A stretch of DNA of 64,000 bases from Blepharisma stoltei ATCC 30299. Its lineage: Eukaryota > Protista > Ciliophora. Shown in pieces: positions 58,860 to 64,000 of the stretch. The DNA lies in assembly GCA_965603825.1 (NCBI GenBank), contig CBFDEM010000036.1, forward strand, positions 496,001-560,000, given 5' to 3'. Numbering within the stretch: the stretch's first letter is position 1; the number at the start of each line of letters is the position of its first letter. The notes beneath the pieces were generated by a model. The model searched no databases, had not been told where the DNA came from, and saw only the letters and a list, made by a program, of their open reading frames with translations. A program made the translations under genes and the position numbers.

Positions 58860-60779
58860 TTAATGTTTATTTCTTCCTCCTCTCAACAAATTTTTCTCCA
58901 AAGAAAGAATTGGGCTTTCTATCATCAGTGAAAGCAAAGTCCCTGTTATAGTTGTCAATAAAATAGTTCCAACCGCATGATAAGATATATCTAAGTCTCC
59001 ATAATATAGAGCGCTATCCCGAGAGAAAATATACCAATAAATAAATAGCGGGTGGACCACATAAAAAGCAAAGCTGACCTTTGCCAATGGAGCCAGAAAC
59101 CTAAGTGTCAGCACGTATAAAAGGCATCTGCAGTATCCAAATAGCATAGGAATCATAAACAGCGAAAATCCAAAGGCAAATCCAAAATGGTCAAATGTCA
59201 TAAAGGCAGCTTTATGTGAGGTTGACCATTCATCAAGACCATAGGTGGTTAGTTGGTATGGGCCAAAGTTTATTACATACATCAAAGTTAATCCAATCGC
59301 ATAGCCAATATATCTGAAAGCAGGAATATGAACCCATTTGAAAGCTTTGACTTCCAAAGAAGTAACGAAACTTTTTTCCATTGGCAGTTTTGGCTGCTCC
59401 TCTTGAATAAGATTATAACTGGGACTCAGCAAAACGTTGTTGTTTTGTTTAGCTGCTGATGCTTGTGCTTTGTGATCTACAGCGCTTCTATATAGAAAGC
59501 CAATCATTATTCCTAATAAGTATGGGGCCATTCTTGCATAAGGCTTGACATAATTGTGGAGGAATTGGTCTTTATTTCCTACTCCGTATAGCATAGTTGG
59601 ATTATAATCATTTATATTCGCTTCAATTCCAACTTCTATCCAATTTACACCTATCAAAGTTATGCAGGCTAGATATCCCCAGAGCTTATTCTTGAAGTAT
59701 AAGATAAGGACAATCGGTGAGAATACATAAAATTGAACGTCATTTGCAATGTACCAACTCCAACCCATACAAGAAAACTCACCAACTGGGAAGAAATTAT
59801 TGATGAACAATAGGTTTGCCCACCAATATTGCTTGCAGCCTACAGGTGTTACATCTTCGAAAATTGGCCATTGAGGGCCGCTTCCTATGTATTTTAATAA
59901 GAACGCATATGTTAAAAAGCACATGTAATAGATAGGAATAAGCCTAATAAAGCGATGAAGTTCAAATATTGCCCAGTTCATTCTCCCTTTTGTCGCTTTC
60001 AGCTGCGCTGTTGTAAGAAAAGCCAATAAAAATCCAGCCATCAAAAAGAAAACGTCAACTACATAAATAATCATAAACAGATGATAATAATCTGTGAATA
60101 CCGTATAAATTCCTGCAGGATTTGAAAAAGCTCCCGATAACTGGTAGATGTAAGAATGGCCAAAGACGATGATAAGCATTGAGAACACTCTAACACCATT
60201 GAATATCTGCAGTGTGTCAAATTCAGTTGGCAAAGTCGTGAGTTTCTTCCAGTTTGTGATTAATGAAAATGCCATAACATTTCGTGATACAGGCCCAAAC
60301 CTCTTTTGTGGGTTTTTAATAGAAATAACTTCAAAAGTTGTTCCTGCCACAACTGTTCCGAATAAGAGGATTCATAGTGTCAGTACAAAGATCGCAGCAC
60401 CATCCATGCCGTCTTTGTTGTATTCACTGGGAAAGTGAGCTTTAAAATCAGTCAATTGTGGAATATTGCTTAAATTTAATTTTTGGTAAATTTCGAGACT
60501 GAGGTCTTGATAGTCACCTACTGTGCAATTGACTGGGCCACAGAAGCCCAACATCACTCTAAATCCATCATATTTGGCTTCAAGAAGTGCGTATTTTGCG
60601 GAAGTCAGGTTATTGCATTCGGCGTATAAACCTAAATCATCAAAGCCTTTGCCAGAGTAATATATCATTTGTAAGCCATGTGGGTATTTGTTGATTCCCA
60701 TATCGATTATGTCGTTCTTGCACTTTTCGAGGTCCGCATAGACTGCTATGAGTATTGACAAAAATATACAACACTTCAT
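58860..60779 (-). CDS. NRF-6/OACYL-like acyltransferase-3 membrane protein
   Basis: Signal peptide, DLGLYAEC (NRF domain), FNGVRVFSM...GH, VDVFF, HRFIRL, WYIANDVQFY; TGA 60372. Confidence 0.92.
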
Positions 60780-61810
60780 AGTAGAATTATTAATGTATGA
60801 TTAGAATTTCATTTTGGTGAAGATTTTATGCAATATTAATAGTAAATTTTATTTTGACATTAAATTATAAATAGGATTTCAAAAGCTTAATAAATTATAC
60901 AGATAATATAATTAACACCCATAATCGGTGTTATAAATTTATATGAGATTGAGTGTTTAAGTTTTTGAAATTAAAAAAAGTATAATAAAACTAAAATTGT
61001 TTTGAAATAGCAGCATTTATTCTTGAAACTATATCATTTTAAACGTGAAAAAACGTTTGCGATTTTCGATTTAGAAAGCAAATGATTGATTAGTTCTGCT
61101 CACTTCTGATCTTATATATTTTAATGTCATTAGAATCAAAATATTGGTTCTAGACGCAGGTCTTTAAAATTAAACTTGCCCGTTTATGTGCAATCAAACA
61201 TGAATAATCATAATATATCACCATATCCGAAAATTTCCACTTTATTGAAATCCTCTTTATATAGAGGCTAAACGGCTTCAGCTAGCAAATAATAGTTCAT
61301 TAAAATATTTATCCCTTAAATGCTAACATAGTTTGAAAATAGAATCTATGATTTTCCTGTAATTAAAGCAAGCATAGTCGCCTTCACAACATAATAAAGC
61401 CAAACAAGGTGCAAATAAGGACAGTAAGAGAATACAGATATGCTTTAATAAAATTGCAAAAGCATAATGAAATTGAGTTCTTTTGGATTAAAGGAATCAT
61501 ACTCTGTTTAATGATCTAAGATTACATTTAAATAAAGCCTTAATTATTTCTCACCTTAAATAAGTATATGACCCGATTAAGGCGATAAGTGCTCAATAAG
61601 CTAGAAAGAGTGACTTTATATAGGATGATTTAAGAAAATGCAAGCTGCTCATCTTAGCTCTTCACACTTACTAATAATTTTAAATTTATGATAAATTAAA
61701 ATCGATAAAAATAGCAAGTTTACCCAAAGTTTTCAAGATCCATACACTTTAAAGCTTATGCTAGTGGCTTTCAATCATATGAAGTCTCTCTAAGCTCCAT
61801 ATATAAATTA

Positions 61811-62272
61811 ATGGAGCACGAAGAAACAGTTGACATTGTAGCTTCAGGAGCCTCAGAAACTTATCCAAGTCAAGTTGGATCACTCAAGAAGGGTGGATAC
61901 TGCGTCCTCAGAGGCCATCCAGTCAAAATCATGGAAATTGCTACAGCCAAAGTTGGGAAGCATGGCTCAGCCAAAGCCAAAATTACAGGAATCGATGTTT
62001 TCACTTCAAATAAATATGAAGAAATCCACCCAACTTCCCACAACATTGACGTACCAAATATTTCAAGAATTGACTATACATTGGTCGACATTGCAAGGGA
62101 TGGATTTGTTTCGTTAATGGATGAGCAAGGAAACACAAAAGAAGACTTAAAACTTCCAGAAGACGAAGAAGGAGCCAAAATCCGCGATTTGTTCGAAAAT
62201 GGAGCTACAGTTTCAGTGACTGTTATGAAAGCTATGGGTCAAGAGAGAATTATGGCTGGTAAAGAAATCTAA
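61811..62272 (+). CDS. EIF5A: Translation factor eIF5A
   Basis: SGASETYP, KVGKHGSAKA hypusine loop. Confidence 0.97.
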   Translation: MEHEETVDIVASGASETYPSQVGSLKKGGYCVLRGHPVKIMEIATAKVGKHGSAKAKITGIDVFTSNKYEEIHPTSHNIDVPNISRIDYTLVDIARDGFVSLMDEQGNTKEDLKLPEDEEGAKIRDLFENGATVSVTVMKAMGQERIMAGKEI

Positions 62273-62344
62273 GCAAATAATACATATGATCTCTTAGTGA
62301 AATTGTCTTTATGAATATTTATATGATTTTGATCTATGTAATAA

Positions 62345-63001
62345 ATGGAGCAGTCCAAAGCATTGGCGAAGCATGCAAAGTCCCAGCGGAAAATAGACGA
62401 TGATGTCAAGCCAATCATCATAAATGTATTTTATGTGCTTTTGGTAGTCATCACTTTAGGAGCTTTTATGGGATATGCAATTAATGCAATTTATACAAAT
62501 CCAAAGTCTCTTATGAAAGACTGGGGTATAAGCTCACTAACAGGACCAAAATGATATATGCAAAATTGTTTTGTATTTATGTGAATCTTTAAATTAGTAT
62601 CAGTTGTTTATATATTGTCAAAAAACTCAAAGTTATCAGAAGAGTTTGTTTTGGCTTTAAGAGATATTGGAATTACTGTTGCATTCGTATTGGAATACTA
62701 TATTTCTCTGGAAATTTATTATTTTTCAGATCGTTCTTTTAAGTTATCTGGCCATGCACTGGCATTAAGTACAATGACCTGCATGATTTTGATTGAGTGC
62801 CAAAGAAATGCTAGTATCACAAATAACAAAATTTGGCAGAATTTTGGAAAATTCATGCTAATATTTCATTGCTATATTTTGTCATGGACTAGTTTTGCAT
62901 ATCATACCTATCTTGAACTTTTTTCAGGGCTTACTATTGGAATTTTAACCATTTGACTATTCCACTTACTTGCTAATAAACTAATAACAAAGAATAAATA
63001 A
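62345..63001 (+). CDS. FIT/Scs3-family (FITM2-like) ER membrane enzyme, ~218 aa
   Basis: ORFs 62345 and 62615 are one frame via TGA; FKLSGH and TSFAYHTYLE motifs; TAA 62999-63001. Confidence 0.72.
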
Positions 63002-63067
63002 CTTATTTTAGGCTGCAAAGCAATAATTAAAACTTTAAATTAACCCTCTTTAATAGTAAAAATATAA

Positions 63068-63409
63068 ATGCAAGAAGATGAAAATACGTCAATTAACAAA
63101 GATAGCAATCTGTCAGGATCCTTCGACAAGCCCTTATCTGCAGACTTAAAATCTCCCCCTTTCCCTCTAATGAGCTTCCTAATGGTGCTGTTTTTTGCAA
63201 TTTGCAGCATTGCATCCATGCTGACTGGATTTTATGTAAAAAACTCTTATAGAAGTATAGCAAAAGCGGTTCCACTTTGGCTTCTCGGTGGATTTTTCTT
63301 TTTGCTTTTCCTAACAGCTTCTTTATGCTATGCTTCAAAAATTCAGCGTCGACAAAGACGAGGAGTTGAAATTTATGCAAAAGTTAACACTGATGAAGCA
63401 AATAATTAA
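63068..63409 (+). CDS. Small two-TM hypothetical protein
   Basis: Intact 113-aa ORF. Confidence 0.7.
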   Translation: MQEDENTSINKDSNLSGSFDKPLSADLKSPPFPLMSFLMVLFFAICSIASMLTGFYVKNSYRSIAKAVPLWLLGGFFFLLFLTASLCYASKIQRRQRRGVEIYAKVNTDEANN

Positions 63410-63451
63410 TTTTACTGAATAATGAGACTCTGCAAATAATAATTATTTTTG

Positions 63452-64000
63452 TTATTCTCTTCGGCTAGCAAACTCGACAAGGTATTTTGGGAGCACTTGT
63501 GCGGATGTGAAAAATACTTGAATATCATCATACCGAGTCCCAGGACTTCTGCAGAGATGAGAATGGTGGGTAGCTCTCATCAATTCTTCTGGGCTGTTTA
63601 CTTTATTGCCATTTTTCCCAGGCAATGCTTTGCATATCATCATCCAGTTGCCTTCTTTTGCGTAATTAAGTGAAAAATCTGGAGTAGTTGCTGTATATAC
63701 TCCAAAACCATGTGCTACACCGTTAACTGCGTTAAAGCCAGGATCAATTCCACCAATTTTGAACCCTCCTCTGCATATTTTTTCGTAATTTTCATATTTC
63801 GAGGCATGAAAAACATACTTTTCTTTGCTTCAGTCCTCCCCTTCTTTTTTCCCTTCTTCTATGAGCTGTTTCCTTCTTTGCTCAAATATTTCCTCAAGCT
63901 TTCGGTTGACTATTAGTTTTACTGATTTAACTAGTATATCATCCTGCTTTATAAACTGGTCAAATGAGTATTTCGCATTGATATATTCTTCTTCATTTAT
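63452..64000 (-). CDS. PARP-like ADP-ribosyltransferase catalytic domain (5' end outside window)
   Basis: Open frame to the edge with one TGA: EKYVFHAS...GF...AHGFGVYTA...SLNYA...ICKALPG...DDIQVFF...QVLPKYLVEF. Confidence 0.8.

Noticed and set aside
2295-63916. Many antisense or alternate-frame ORFs (e.g. 2295, 16706, 19729, 21585, 29417, 53362, 58110, 63710)
   Set aside because: Shadows of well-supported genes on the other strand or frame
1-64000. Mass pseudogenisation suggested by fragmented ORFs
   Set aside because: Breaks are in-frame TGA at conserved Trp positions or 15/16-nt GT-AG introns; the frames rejoin cleanly
1-64000. TGA as selenocysteine or cysteine
   Set aside because: TGA aligns to Trp rather than Cys sites, and no selenoprotein family was recognised
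1-64000. Mycoplasma-like or mitochondrial origin (also UGA=Trp)
   Set aside because: Centrin, retromer, Mediator, HSF and spliceosomal introns show a eukaryotic nuclear genome

Overview
Gene-dense, AT-rich eukaryotic nuclear DNA, most likely the macronuclear genome of a heterotrich ciliate of the Blepharisma type. Two properties are visible directly and explain why the ORF track is fragmented. (1) TGA is read as Trp: it sits at invariant Trp positions in RING-H2, HMG-box, E2, SNF2, kinase, WD40, MFS and P2X domains, and every complete gene ends in TAA or TAG. (2) Genes carry tiny GT-AG introns, almost all 15-16 nt with an A at position 10/11; 28 candidates were located. Applying both rules gives about 55 protein-coding genes, including RPS15, V-ATPase C, centrin, two VPS26 paralogues, NHE, RAD54, a P2X receptor, UBE2K, ELP2, QNG1, METTL16, MED20, HSF, a p62/NBR1-like protein, DYRK, SPT3, eIF5A and a PARP-like fragment. 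No tRNA, rRNA, telomeric repeat, transposon or CRISPR was recognised. Best leads: two introns whose canonical-length splice product is truncating (UBE2K, DNAJC17), a ciliate P2X channel, an LNR-TM-RING receptor-like ligase, divergent start codons 6 nt apart, a ~220-nt intergenic foldback, and a DYRK lacking its activation-loop Tyr. All family assignments come from motif recognition by eye, not from database searches.
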